63,553 nt of DNA from Saprospirales bacterium. Lineage in GTDB: Bacteria > Bacteroidota > Bacteroidia > Chitinophagales > UBA8649. Below are positions 50,628-60,194 of the stretch, one piece after another. Location of the stretch: assembly GCA_002708985.1 (NCBI GenBank), contig PAPS01000033.1, positions 71,803 to 135,355 of the forward strand. Reading direction: 5' to 3'. Position 1 is the first letter of the stretch, and every line of letters starts with the position of its first letter. The translations under genes were made by a program, and so were the position numbers. The notes under the pieces are model-generated. The model ran no database searches, was not told the DNA's origin, and saw nothing but the letters and a program-made list of their open reading frames with translations.

Positions 50628-52205
50628 TTATTCCTTTATAAATGGAATGGTGTGGCTTTGACCATCGATGCTCAACTGAAAATAATATTGCCCATGGTCG
50701 AGGTGCGATAGATCCATCGCTAGGGTATTACTCGATATATTATCCAGATGCATTAACAATTTCCCATCCAAGGTGTAGAGATCCAATATTGTTGGGTTTG
50801 ATGTGCTTGGAAATTCAAGCCAGGTAGAACTTTGTACGGGATTGGGACTGATTTGAATGGGATGGTCTTCAGCAAGGCTTGAAATACTGGTCGGTGGTCC
50901 TGGGCAAGTGAGTATGACGTCTAACAGGGTAACAGAGTCCAAAGCAAGCTCGACATTTGGGACAATCTTCGACGTACATCCTTTACCAGAAAATCGTATG
51001 GCGTAGGTGCCAGCCTGATCGAGCCCATTGCTGTAATCACCTGACGGCCGACTGCGCTTTATAGCGTCTGTTCCAAGAATTTCTATTTGAATGTTGGCCA
51101 GCGGAAACCCTGAATTTCCTTCAGTTATGTTTCCCTCGAGATAGGCCGCCGATGCAAATTGAGGTTGCATAAGATAAAGACCCTCTTCGATGTCAGAGGC
51201 GGCAATCATTCCATTGCTAAAAAATGGATAAACTCCCCAGCAACCGTAGAATTCAGGTATAGAAGGGAAAGGGGAAGTATCAAAGTTTCCTACTTCAACG
51301 AGATTGCTTTTGCGCTTAGCATTAATCAGTACGACGCCATCTGTATAATGAGAAGCTACAATGTAATCTCTAATCCAAAAGGCATTGTGAGGAATAACTC
51401 CACTTCCTTCGTTTCGCTGATATCGATCAGTTTCCCTGATGTCTAGTAAATCACTTACATCATATACATCAATATTGGCACCTTCAATCTCATCGACGGT
51501 AACTAAGTACTGACCGGTTGAATCAAGCCAACATTGGTGGGTAAAGTTTGAGGAGGTGGGGAAGCGGGCTAGTATAGTTGGGCTTTCCGGGTTGCTGTTA
51601 TCGACCACGGCTTGTGTTCCATTCCGTATTTCAGAAAGATACATTGTATCACCTCTGACGTAGCCGTCATGTACGTATTGCTCCGTATAACTTCCAAGGT
51701 AAGTGGGTTGGTAGCGATTAACGGTGTTTACATCAAATACGTCGACTCCACCGACATAGAGATTACTTCCAAAGAGGTAGCCATATCCCTTTTCGTCAAT
51801 ATATATGTTGTGTGCTCTTTGAAGGTTCAATGTGTCAGCGGTAAATCGCTCGAAATGAATAGAGTCGGGTAGAAAGCTTAAATCGATAATATCTAGTCCA
51901 CCTCCCTCGTCATTGGTGACGTAAGCGAAATTGTCCCAGGTTTTGATATCCCGCCATTGGCTTTGAATTCCGGGAATACTGTGCAATGGTATTATGTTGT
52001 TTGGATCGGTGACGTCAAGGATCAAAGTTTTGGAGTTTTGCCCGAGCAATACATATTGGTTTCCCAAGGAGTCTTCATAGCCCCATATGTCATTATTTTC
52101 CTCCTCACTCGGATAAAACCCAAGGAAATCTAGTTGTCCAAAAACATGTGGGTTAAAGAGGAAATAAAAAGAAGCAGTAAGTACGGATAATAGGTAGGGT
52201 CGCAT
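50628..52205 (-). CDS. Choice-of-anchor B / LVIVD-repeat propeller protein with T9SS type A CTD
   Basis: NDIWGY, WRDIKTW, AHNIYID, YVHD, GCWGVYPF and ASDIEEGL motifs; CTD ISPNPV...GQYYFQL...FIKE. Confidence 0.85.
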   Translation of the reverse strand: MRPYLLSVLTASFYFLFNPHVFGQLDFLGFYPSEEENNDIWGYEDSLGNQYVLLGQNSKTLILDVTDPNNIIPLHSIPGIQSQWRDIKTWDNFAYVTNDEGGGLDIIDLSFLPDSIHFERFTADTLNLQRAHNIYIDEKGYGYLFGSNLYVGGVDVFDVNTVNRYQPTYLGSYTEQYVHDGYVRGDTMYLSEIRNGTQAVVDNSNPESPTILARFPTSSNFTHQCWLDSTGQYLVTVDEIEGANIDVYDVSDLLDIRETDRYQRNEGSGVIPHNAFWIRDYIVASHYTDGVVLINAKRKSNLVEVGNFDTSPFPSIPEFYGCWGVYPFFSNGMIAASDIEEGLYLMQPQFASAAYLEGNITEGNSGFPLANIQIEILGTDAIKRSRPSGDYSNGLDQAGTYAIRFSGKGCTSKIVPNVELALDSVTLLDVILTCPGPPTSISSLAEDHPIQISPNPVQSSTWLEFPSTSNPTILDLYTLDGKLLMHLDNISSNTLAMDLSHLDHGQYYFQLSIDGQSHTIPFIKE

Positions 52206-52210
52206 AGTGT

Positions 52211-53755
52211 TTAGTCGAGATAAGGTACGGCCTCTATTCCCACGAGTTTCATCCACTGAATGTCATAGGATTGCCAATACCCTGGCTGATTAACTTCAGG
52301 ATATCTTGAAAAAAATGGAGCTTGCATGAAGTTAATATTGCTCACCGAAGTGTCGCATGGATTGATGGTCAGGCTATCTTCTTCCATTGATAAAAATGCC
52401 CTTCCCCCTTGTCGAATTCCTTGGTCAATAGAGGTCATAATCTCATAGCCTAGCTTGAAACTCTCACTTGGATTGAGGTTGGTTGCCTGCCGGACCTGAT
52501 AAATACTTTCCTGGGGTAGGCATGTCATCTCCTTGCGTTGATAGCTCGGGATTATAAGATTGGTCATTAACACCTTGTGATATTCTAATTGTTTAGTATC
52601 CAACCACTCTTCCAATCCCACAGCCGTAGCACTTGAAGTATTTTTTATTATTGGTGAGAACAATTCATAGAACCTTACAATGAGTTGATCGTTTTTTGTT
52701 GGATAATGGATAAATGCTTTTCGCCCAGGCACAAGGCATTTTGTTTTAAGTGATGATACAGTTTCACCTTTTAGGATACCATAAATGACTGGCGTAAACT
52801 TTGTATTGTATGTCTCATTAAATGCGAGCACTGCAGTTTTCATATCTGCGAATAAATTATTGTACCGAGGATTTGTATCCGGTTGAAAAACGATAATGTA
52901 GGCTGAGCTATCCTTTCTCGCTGCTACCTCTAGACTTGAGTAGAACGTTTCGAGGTAACTGGGTTGATATCCGATGTAGTTACCGTTAAGCATTGAGGTG
53001 TCAAGTTTCGTACAACCTGGATCGAATACCGCTGCGCCATTTTCTTTAGCAAATGACAGAGTAGACCGGAGCATAGAATTGGCCTTACCTCCAAAACCGG
53101 GTCCAATGATAAAATCTGGTGGATTTTGCTCCAATAGACTTAAAATTGCTTGATTGCTATCTACTGAATTTAGGTTGTCCCAAATACTGAGATTAAGTTG
53201 AATTGAGGTGTCGGATCGATAACTGAGATAAGACATTATTCCATCATATAAATCATAATTTTGAAATAGTGATTTAGGCATTGTGAGCTTGGCCGCATTA
53301 GGCATGACCTTCCCGATTTCTAGTTTCCACTGCCCTAAGGCACTTGGCATAACATCGCTTCGAAAGGGAAGAATTATTGCAATATCATATGCATCCTTCC
53401 AAACGATTTGGTTTTCGAGGATTCTTATTTTTTGGTCAATTCGACCTATTAATTCATCGATATAGGCTATCACGTCCTCACGCATCGATGAATCAAAGGG
53501 ATTACTTTCTTGTTTAAGCCGTAACAAAAAAGTACGTTCCTTAACAAGCATGATGACACTATCTTTTCTTAAGCTATCTTGAAATATTTGAGCTTCTTTG
53601 GCGGATAGCGCGCGGACCGTGTCTTGTCCCATCATATTGGTGGAAGAATCCATCGTAAGCTCAAACATTTGAGCATGGGTCGAGGTGCCTAGACTCAGAA
53701 ATAAGAAAAAGATAAACTGCCGCAAGGTCTTTGATGTCAAGAATAATTTTTGCAT
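52211..53755 (-). CDS. Secreted protein with periplasmic-binding-protein type-1-like domain
   Basis: Signal peptide; YDIAIILPF, YDGI, DFIIGP and GLEEW pattern as in guaA-linked Bacteroidota proteins. Start uncertain (53755 or 53788). Confidence 0.6.
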   Translation of the reverse strand: MQKLFLTSKTLRQFIFFLFLSLGTSTHAQMFELTMDSSTNMMGQDTVRALSAKEAQIFQDSLRKDSVIMLVKERTFLLRLKQESNPFDSSMREDVIAYIDELIGRIDQKIRILENQIVWKDAYDIAIILPFRSDVMPSALGQWKLEIGKVMPNAAKLTMPKSLFQNYDLYDGIMSYLSYRSDTSIQLNLSIWDNLNSVDSNQAILSLLEQNPPDFIIGPGFGGKANSMLRSTLSFAKENGAAVFDPGCTKLDTSMLNGNYIGYQPSYLETFYSSLEVAARKDSSAYIIVFQPDTNPRYNNLFADMKTAVLAFNETYNTKFTPVIYGILKGETVSSLKTKCLVPGRKAFIHYPTKNDQLIVRFYELFSPIIKNTSSATAVGLEEWLDTKQLEYHKVLMTNLIIPSYQRKEMTCLPQESIYQVRQATNLNPSESFKLGYEIMTSIDQGIRQGGRAFLSMEEDSLTINPCDTSVSNINFMQAPFFSRYPEVNQPGYWQSYDIQWMKLVGIEAVPYLD

Positions 53756-53778
53756 TTCTGGTAGATTAAAATACTTCT

Positions 53779-55308
53779 TTATTCCCATTCTATAGTGGCG
53801 GGAGGGTTCGAACTAATATCGTAGACGACTCGATTAATGCCTTTCACTCGATTGATGATTTGATTGGACACATTGGCTAAAAAAGTAGAGGGCAGGGGAT
53901 ACCAATCTGCGGTCATTCCATCCACTGAAGTCACGGCGCGAAGGGCTAAAACAGATTCATAAGTTCTTTCATCTCCCATGACGCCAACGCTTCGCGTATC
54001 CAATAACATTGCTCCTGCTTGCCAAATCTTTTCATAAAGTCCCCCTTTCTTTAAGGCAGCGATGAAGATCGCATCTGCTTCTTGTAGCATAGTCACTCGT
54101 TCTTCTGTAATGGGGCCTAGTATTCTTATGGCGAGTCCAGGGCCTGGGAAGGGGTGCCTGCCAATGATTTCTTCGGGCATATTCATCTGTCGACCAACTC
54201 GTCGAACTTCATCTTTGAACAACATACGAAGGGGTTCTACAAGTTTCAGGCCAAGAGTTTCAGGCAGACCTCCTACATTATGATGCGACTTGATCGTAAC
54301 GGAAGGGCCATGAACTGATACGGACTCAATAACGTCTGGGTAAATCGTTCCTTGGCCTAGCCACTGGGCATTATTAATTGCCTTGGCTTCTTTTTCAAAG
54401 ACATCGATAAAGCGTTTTCCAATTCGTTTGCGTTTTTGCTCCGGTTCGGCAACCCCTTGTAAGTCATGCAAGAAATTAGCTGAGGCATCGACTCCTTTCA
54501 CATTAAGTCCAAGTCCTTTATAGGATGTAAGCACCTCATCAAACTCGTTTTTGCGAAGTAAGCCGTTGTTTACAAAAATGCAATGCAGGTGATCTCCAAT
54601 CGCACGATGCAACAACAAAGCGGCAACCGATGAGTCTACTCCCCCAGATAGACCGAGTACGACAGACTCATCGCCAAGCTTTTCTTTAAGTCTAGTTACT
54701 GTATTTTCTACAAATTGGGCTGGAGACCAATCTTTTTTTAGCCTAGCGATATCAAAAATGAAGTTCTCTATGATCTTTCTACCATCTTCGGAGTGCGTTA
54801 CTTCAGGATGAAACTGCAAACCATATAGTGGGGGCAAGTCCTGATTATTTCTTTTAAAAGCTGCTACGGGTATGCTTTCTGTTTTCGCAATGACTGAAAA
54901 TCCAGAAGGAATTTCTGTAATCGAATCGCCATGAGACATCCAAACAGTCTCCTTATCAACGCCTTTCCAAAGAGAATCTTCATTGGATACAACGAGTTTG
55001 CTTCGGCCATACTCACGGTGCTGGCTGCGCTCAACTGTTCCACCCATATGATGTGCTATGCTTTGAGCACCGTAGCAAACTGCTAAACAGGGAATATGGT
55101 TAGAAAGATCTTCCCACGCGATCTGAGGCGCATGATCTTCCAAACAAGAAAAGGGGCTTCCAGAAAAAATAACGGCCTTAGCCTTGAGGGCATCCTCATG
55201 TTTGGTGTAGGGTAGAATCTCGCAATACACTCCACATTCTCGAATACGGCGTGCAATGAGTTGGGTATACTGAGAACCGAAGTCAAGAATGATTAATTGT
55301 GTTTCCAT
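53779..55308 (-). CDS. guaA: GMP synthase (glutamine-hydrolysing)
   Basis: [42 protein letters not shown] and PFPGPGL motifs. Confidence 0.98.
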   Translation of the reverse strand: METQLIILDFGSQYTQLIARRIRECGVYCEILPYTKHEDALKAKAVIFSGSPFSCLEDHAPQIAWEDLSNHIPCLAVCYGAQSIAHHMGGTVERSQHREYGRSKLVVSNEDSLWKGVDKETVWMSHGDSITEIPSGFSVIAKTESIPVAAFKRNNQDLPPLYGLQFHPEVTHSEDGRKIIENFIFDIARLKKDWSPAQFVENTVTRLKEKLGDESVVLGLSGGVDSSVAALLLHRAIGDHLHCIFVNNGLLRKNEFDEVLTSYKGLGLNVKGVDASANFLHDLQGVAEPEQKRKRIGKRFIDVFEKEAKAINNAQWLGQGTIYPDVIESVSVHGPSVTIKSHHNVGGLPETLGLKLVEPLRMLFKDEVRRVGRQMNMPEEIIGRHPFPGPGLAIRILGPITEERVTMLQEADAIFIAALKKGGLYEKIWQAGAMLLDTRSVGVMGDERTYESVLALRAVTSVDGMTADWYPLPSTFLANVSNQIINRVKGINRVVYDISSNPPATIEWE

Positions 55309-55447
55309 GCGCTAGTGAATTGGTGTAAAAATAAGCGGAGGTCGCAAACCTTTAGTACTAGTTAACATCTATTCATAAACATCTGCTCGTAACAACCTGG
55401 AAATATTGTTGATTTAATGTACCTTGTATCTAACCAAATAAATCATA

Positions 55448-55933
55448 ATGAAATCTTTACATCTCATTGTAAGCATCTTATTGACAAGTATTGCGTTTTC
55501 TTCATGCAGCAGTAGCAATGGTGCTAAGCGAGCTAGTGACTTATGCGATTGTGCCATGGATGGCAACATGATCAGTGTAGAAACCATATCAGGTATAAGT
55601 GATGAAGCAACAGAGGAACTTGAACAATGCGTTCGTGGGGTAATGAAAGATATAAAGAGCGACGTCGGGGATATGGAAAAGGAAGACCAAGTAGATTATC
55701 TCAGAGAAATGATGCAAGGCGTGTTTGATACAGAGTGTTATGAAACAACAGCAATGCTTGGCTTGAGTTTTATGAGCTTAGAAAGTATAATTGACTTAGC
55801 CCTTTCAGAAGATGGTTTAGATGAACTCTTTGGAGGTGGGTCGTATGAAGAATATGATTACGAGAGTGAATATGATTTTGATAATTTCGAGTACTACCAT
55901 GATGCTGAATACGGCGAAGATTATGACTTGTAG
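55448..55933 (+). CDS. Hypothetical lipoprotein with Tyr/Asp/Glu-rich tail
   Basis: Lipobox FSSC, LCDC motif, acidic C-terminus. Confidence 0.75.
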   Translation: MKSLHLIVSILLTSIAFSSCSSSNGAKRASDLCDCAMDGNMISVETISGISDEATEELEQCVRGVMKDIKSDVGDMEKEDQVDYLREMMQGVFDTECYETTAMLGLSFMSLESIIDLALSEDGLDELFGGGSYEEYDYESEYDFDNFEYYHDAEYGEDYDL

Positions 55934-55961
55934 TCTTTTTAATCCTGCGAAGTAAAAGTAT

Positions 55962-55988
55962 AGGCATGGTGAACACCATGCCTTTTTT
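55962..55988 (+). terminator. Intrinsic terminator
   Basis: AGGCATGGTG-AA-CACCATGCCT followed by TTTTT. Confidence 0.85.
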
Positions 55989-56020
55989 ATGGGTTACCTG
56001 TAATAACAAAACTCTTAATT

Positions 56021-56443
56021 ATGCCAGTTTGGAAAAAACCTACTAACAGAACCTATTTAGAGAACACACTAAACAAGAATACATTAGGTGAAACATTAGG
56101 AATTGAGATTACTGAAGTCGGAGAAGATTACCTTGAAGGGAGAATGCCGGTTGATCATCGGACAATGCAACCTTTTGGCTTGCTGCACGGAGGAGCTTCT
56201 GTGGCGTTGGCGGAAACACTTGCTAGTGTGGCCGGATTTCTCAGTTTGTCAGAGGGTAAAAACTTAGTTGGCGTGGAAATCAATGCAAATCACCTACGTG
56301 CTGCTAGAAAAGGATATGTGGTGGGAAGAGCAACTCCCATTAGGCTAGGAAGAACTGTGCAGGTTTGGGAAGTCAAGATTGTCGACGAAAAGAATAGGCT
56401 CGTATGTATATCTCGGATGACGGGCGCTGTAGTTGGGGAGTAA
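56021..56443 (+). CDS. Hotdog-fold thioesterase (YdiI/MenI-like)
   Basis: MPVDHRTMQPFGLLHGGASVALAET and GVEINANH motifs. Confidence 0.92.
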   Translation: MPVWKKPTNRTYLENTLNKNTLGETLGIEITEVGEDYLEGRMPVDHRTMQPFGLLHGGASVALAETLASVAGFLSLSEGKNLVGVEINANHLRAARKGYVVGRATPIRLGRTVQVWEVKIVDEKNRLVCISRMTGAVVGE

Positions 56444-56454
56444 AGGATGTCAGG

Positions 56455-57567
56455 CTATTTGCTGTAGAATAGTTTTACAATGGCACCTTTCATGTATATA
56501 TCGATTTTAGCCGTTTTATTTACTGCGTTAAAACGCCACTCTAGGCAGAAAGGGCTAGTTTCATTATTACCACACAGCGGAAATCCTTTGTCCCATTTGA
56601 GCATTGTGCCAGAGTATTGAAGAATCTCGATGTCTTCGGGTTGATAGTTCGGGAATTCTGGATCTAAGCAAATGTTTACCCCGTCTTGATGACTTGTTAC
56701 AGGCTTTCCCTGGTAAATCTCTTCGAAAATAGCTACGCTTTTAACAAGCCATCGAACCCATCCTTTGGGCTCGATAAGTATTTTGTTTGACTGAAACCAT
56801 TGGTTTTCTTCAGAGGTTAAACTCTCTGCCGTATTATTAAACGCGGTATCGTAATAATCGGTGTATTTAACTGAAATATTGCTTTGTTCAGCACTCTGCG
56901 TGTAGTACAATCGCTTAAAATCATTGCAAAGTATACGTACAGAATCCAAGTTAAAGACGCCATAGAGTGAGTCCGGAATCTCTTCAAATCGCACAATATC
57001 TGTAATGACTTGGCTTGAATCGGAAACCCGAGAGGAGTCGTCGCTCTCTGTACGAACTGAGCTATCCAAGGGACTCGTAAATTTAAGGCTGTCAAATGCT
57101 GATAATGTGCTGTCTACGGTTGACGAATCTGCATTGTTAATGGCGAGAAACAGACTGAGCTTCCGCTTGTACACGCTATCCATCAGCGCCAAATTGTTGG
57201 CCATTTTTTCCTCCCAAGCCGAATGGATACTATCAATTTCAACTTCATGTTCATAGGCTAAATCTTCCAATTCAATTTTGAGGCGTTGAACAAGTGCATC
57301 CTCTGTCAGTGTTAAGTTGGTGGAAATTTCACGTGCTAATCTTAAGTCCTTTTTTATTTTAGATAGGGCTTGGTTTTGTTCTTTGATCAGGGTGTTTTGC
57401 TTATCAATTTGAAACGTTTGTTCCGCGATAATTAGGCTGTCGCTAATGCGCTTCGACTCCAAATAATTAATCAGAGAGGCCATCTCTTTTTTATTCATTT
57501 TTTTCTGACCAACAACATTAAAGCTTGTGGTGATACAAAGAAAAAATAGGAGGAGTCGGATTGGCAT
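56455..57567 (-). CDS. Hypothetical secreted protein with N-terminal coiled coil and many D-S/T-x motifs
   Basis: Signal peptide, heptad-like region, Asp-Ser-rich linker. Confidence 0.7.
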   Translation of the reverse strand: MPIRLLLFFLCITTSFNVVGQKKMNKKEMASLINYLESKRISDSLIIAEQTFQIDKQNTLIKEQNQALSKIKKDLRLAREISTNLTLTEDALVQRLKIELEDLAYEHEVEIDSIHSAWEEKMANNLALMDSVYKRKLSLFLAINNADSSTVDSTLSAFDSLKFTSPLDSSVRTESDDSSRVSDSSQVITDIVRFEEIPDSLYGVFNLDSVRILCNDFKRLYYTQSAEQSNISVKYTDYYDTAFNNTAESLTSEENQWFQSNKILIEPKGWVRWLVKSVAIFEEIYQGKPVTSHQDGVNICLDPEFPNYQPEDIEILQYSGTMLKWDKGFPLCGNNETSPFCLEWRFNAVNKTAKIDIYMKGAIVKLFYSK

Positions 57568-57593
57568 ATTAGATGTTGTGTCGTGACGGAAAA

Positions 57594-58112
57594 TTACTCA
57601 AATTCAGGTATATCCAAAGTGCTTTTTGTGGGTTCAAAAGAAAGTGAGACTGAGTTTACACAGTAGCGTTGTCCAGTCTTGTTCCGTGGGCCATCATTAA
57701 AAATGTGCCCTAGGTGTCCTCCACATTGACCACAAAGTATCTCCGTGCGTTTCATACCATAGGAGTTATCTGCTTTAGTGATTACGGAGCCTTCTGCGAT
57801 TTGATCATAGAAACTAGGCCATCCACTACCCGAATCGTATTTGGTATCGGAGTCAAAAAGAGGATGGTTGCACGCTGCGCAATGATAAACTCCCTCCTTC
57901 TTGTTGTATAAATAGGCTCCTGTGAAAGGAGCTTCTGTGGCGCCTCCGCACATAACTTCTTGTTGAAAGGATGAAAGGCTTGATTTGATGGAATCGCTGT
58001 CAATCATTCTTTTGGTCTCGGACACTTCTGAACTCGCCTCGCCTTGGGCCAAGGTGCAGGCCGTAAACAGCATTGCACATAGCAGACAAAGCACAACTTG
58101 ATGGTTAATCAT
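57594..58112 (-). CDS. msrB: Methionine-R-sulfoxide reductase with export/lipoprotein signal
   Basis: TEAPFTG, CxxC pairs, GSGWPSF, HLGHIFNDGP and RYCVNS motifs; hydrophobic N-terminus ending FTAC. Confidence 0.93.
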   Translation of the reverse strand: MINHQVVLCLLCAMLFTACTLAQGEASSEVSETKRMIDSDSIKSSLSSFQQEVMCGGATEAPFTGAYLYNKKEGVYHCAACNHPLFDSDTKYDSGSGWPSFYDQIAEGSVITKADNSYGMKRTEILCGQCGGHLGHIFNDGPRNKTGQRYCVNSVSLSFEPTKSTLDIPEFE

Positions 58113-58158
58113 ATATGTAGAACGATTAGATACAAGATATTGTTATAATCAACTTCCT

Positions 58159-59493
58159 TTATTCCTTAAGAAACTCCGGCCAGAGATTAGCTCCTCGACT
58201 GTCCAACGAGGAATCTTTTAAAAAGTCGAAGGCCACAAAGAAAAAAGACATGGCATAACTAACCCACAAATACCCAACGATGTATGGAGAACTCAAGGGA
58301 AGCGTATAACTAAGGGTAAACCAGCCATCCCAAGTTGCAATGATAAAGAGACCAAGAATCAACCGAAGAGATTCCCAGAAGGCACTTGCTATTCTTCGAT
58401 CCATAAGACTTGTATACGAGAATATGCTTAAAAAAATAAAGAAGCCGTAAAGTAAAGTGGGTTGCATTATAGCTGGTCCGAGGTTTGTTCCAGCTTCATG
58501 GATTGCTACCAAATGATTGAAAAGAAACATTGCGCTGATTACACCAATTGTCATTTGAATCGCAGCCCATGCTTTTAAGGCTAAGGATGATTTAGGATTA
58601 TATTTTTTCTGATTTTCTGGGTTGTCGATGATGGCAACAGGGAAACGCTTGGCAACATCCTCAGGGCGCCATCCTGTTGGCATAAACCACAAACGAACTT
58701 TGTCAATAAAACGTTTGGTGCGAATCATATCAAAAAGCAATAGCGCATGGTGTTGAAAGTTGATAAGGAAGGGGTTCCATGTATGGGAAGGCCGTTTTAT
58801 GCCGTAAACTGGCGTCTCTTCCGCTAATTCATCTTGATAGGTGCCAAATAATTTATCCCATACGATGAAAATTTGGGAATAATTCTTGTCCAAATAAATC
58901 GGGTTGATCGCATGATGTACTCTATGGTGGCTAGGTGTTACAATGATCTTTTCTAAAATGCCCAAGGTACCAATATGTTGGGTGTGATACCAGAATTGAG
59001 CGAAGAGGTGAATGGGCGCTATTAGGGCAAAAACCTCTGTAGGTATTCCCACAAGTGCCAAGGGTAGATAAAAAATTGCAATAAAAGAAAAGATTTCACT
59101 TACGGACTGTCGCAGCGCACATGCGAGGTTAAATTCTTCACTGCTATGGTGTATAAGATGTCGATTCCACAAAACGTTAATCTCATGTTCCCAACGGTGC
59201 ACCCAATACCCCGCAAAATCTTTAACAATAAACACCACTACGTACGTCCACCAGGTGGCTTGGAGGGGTTGTGATGGTCCTAAATACCTCAATAGAAAAT
59301 CGTAACCAATGAGCATTATGACTATGCCTAAAATCGACTTTGTTATATTGGTTATACCCGAGCTAAGACTTGCCACAGTGTCCATCCAACGCAAAGTTTG
59401 ATTCTTAACTACGTAGCCATAGATGAACTCAATACAAATTAAGATCGAAAAAAAAGGTATGCCATAGTTTAAGGCATCAGCAAAACTTCCCAT
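58159..59493 (-). CDS. Fatty-acid hydroxylase / sterol desaturase family protein, alkylglycerol monooxygenase-like
   Basis: HRWEHEIN, HLIHHSSEEFNLACALRQS, QFWYHT, TPSHHRVHH and DKNY...WDKLFGT motifs; extra C-terminal TM helices. Confidence 0.85.
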   Translation of the reverse strand: MGSFADALNYGIPFFSILICIEFIYGYVVKNQTLRWMDTVASLSSGITNITKSILGIVIMLIGYDFLLRYLGPSQPLQATWWTYVVVFIVKDFAGYWVHRWEHEINVLWNRHLIHHSSEEFNLACALRQSVSEIFSFIAIFYLPLALVGIPTEVFALIAPIHLFAQFWYHTQHIGTLGILEKIIVTPSHHRVHHAINPIYLDKNYSQIFIVWDKLFGTYQDELAEETPVYGIKRPSHTWNPFLINFQHHALLLFDMIRTKRFIDKVRLWFMPTGWRPEDVAKRFPVAIIDNPENQKKYNPKSSLALKAWAAIQMTIGVISAMFLFNHLVAIHEAGTNLGPAIMQPTLLYGFFIFLSIFSYTSLMDRRIASAFWESLRLILGLFIIATWDGWFTLSYTLPLSSPYIVGYLWVSYAMSFFFVAFDFLKDSSLDSRGANLWPEFLKE

Positions 59494-59557
59494 TACTCTG
59501 AAGATATAGATTAAAGCCCATTAATTGCGAGTAAAAAATGTCACGGCATGAATCAAG

Positions 59558-60001
59558 TTAATCTGCTTTGAGGAGACTAAGCGAGTTAACACAATACCGC
59601 AAGCCAGTTGCCGTTGGTCCGTCAGGAAATACATGTCCAAGATGCGCTTCGCAACGATGGCATTGAATTTCTACTCGAACCATTCCATAGGAAACATCTT
59701 TAATATATCGTATGCTGTGTGGAACAATGGGTTTGTCAAAACTCGGCCAGCCACTCCCTGATTCGAATTTTGTCGTTGAGTCAAAAAGTGGGATTTTACA
59801 GCATGAACAGTTATATATTCCTGGTTCAAATCGACTGCAATGACTTCCTGATCCAGCGGCTTCTGTTCCTCCTTCCCTTGTTATTCTATAGGTTTGCGCG
59901 TCCAAAATGTCTTTCCAGTCTTCCTTTGTTTTCACTACCGGGTCAGGATGTGGATCTTGGCCGCATTCGATGAGATGAATAATATTTTTCCAGTGTTGCA
60001 T
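59558..60001 (-). CDS. msrB: Methionine-R-sulfoxide reductase (cytoplasmic)
   Basis: GTEAAG, GSGWPSF, HLGHVFPDGP and RYCVNS motifs; likely start 60001. Confidence 0.93.
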   Translation of the reverse strand: MQHWKNIIHLIECGQDPHPDPVVKTKEDWKDILDAQTYRITREGGTEAAGSGSHCSRFEPGIYNCSCCKIPLFDSTTKFESGSGWPSFDKPIVPHSIRYIKDVSYGMVRVEIQCHRCEAHLGHVFPDGPTATGLRYCVNSLSLLKAD

Positions 60002-60194
60002 AATCACTTTAACCTCCTGCAAATATCAGAGGAATCTCGGGTATTTTTTGGTCACAAGTCAGATAAATTGCGCGTATCAAGTGAAGGAATTAGTAGTCGT
60101 GAGATAAGGATTTGTTGAAAAAACAACATTCTATTTAGCATCAAAATGGCTTATGCTACTTTTAAAAATGATATTTTTAAGTTAAAATTTGACA

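Noticed and set aside
57594-60001. Selenocysteine-containing MsrB
   Set aside because: Both copies have Cys in RYCVNS and no in-frame TGA.
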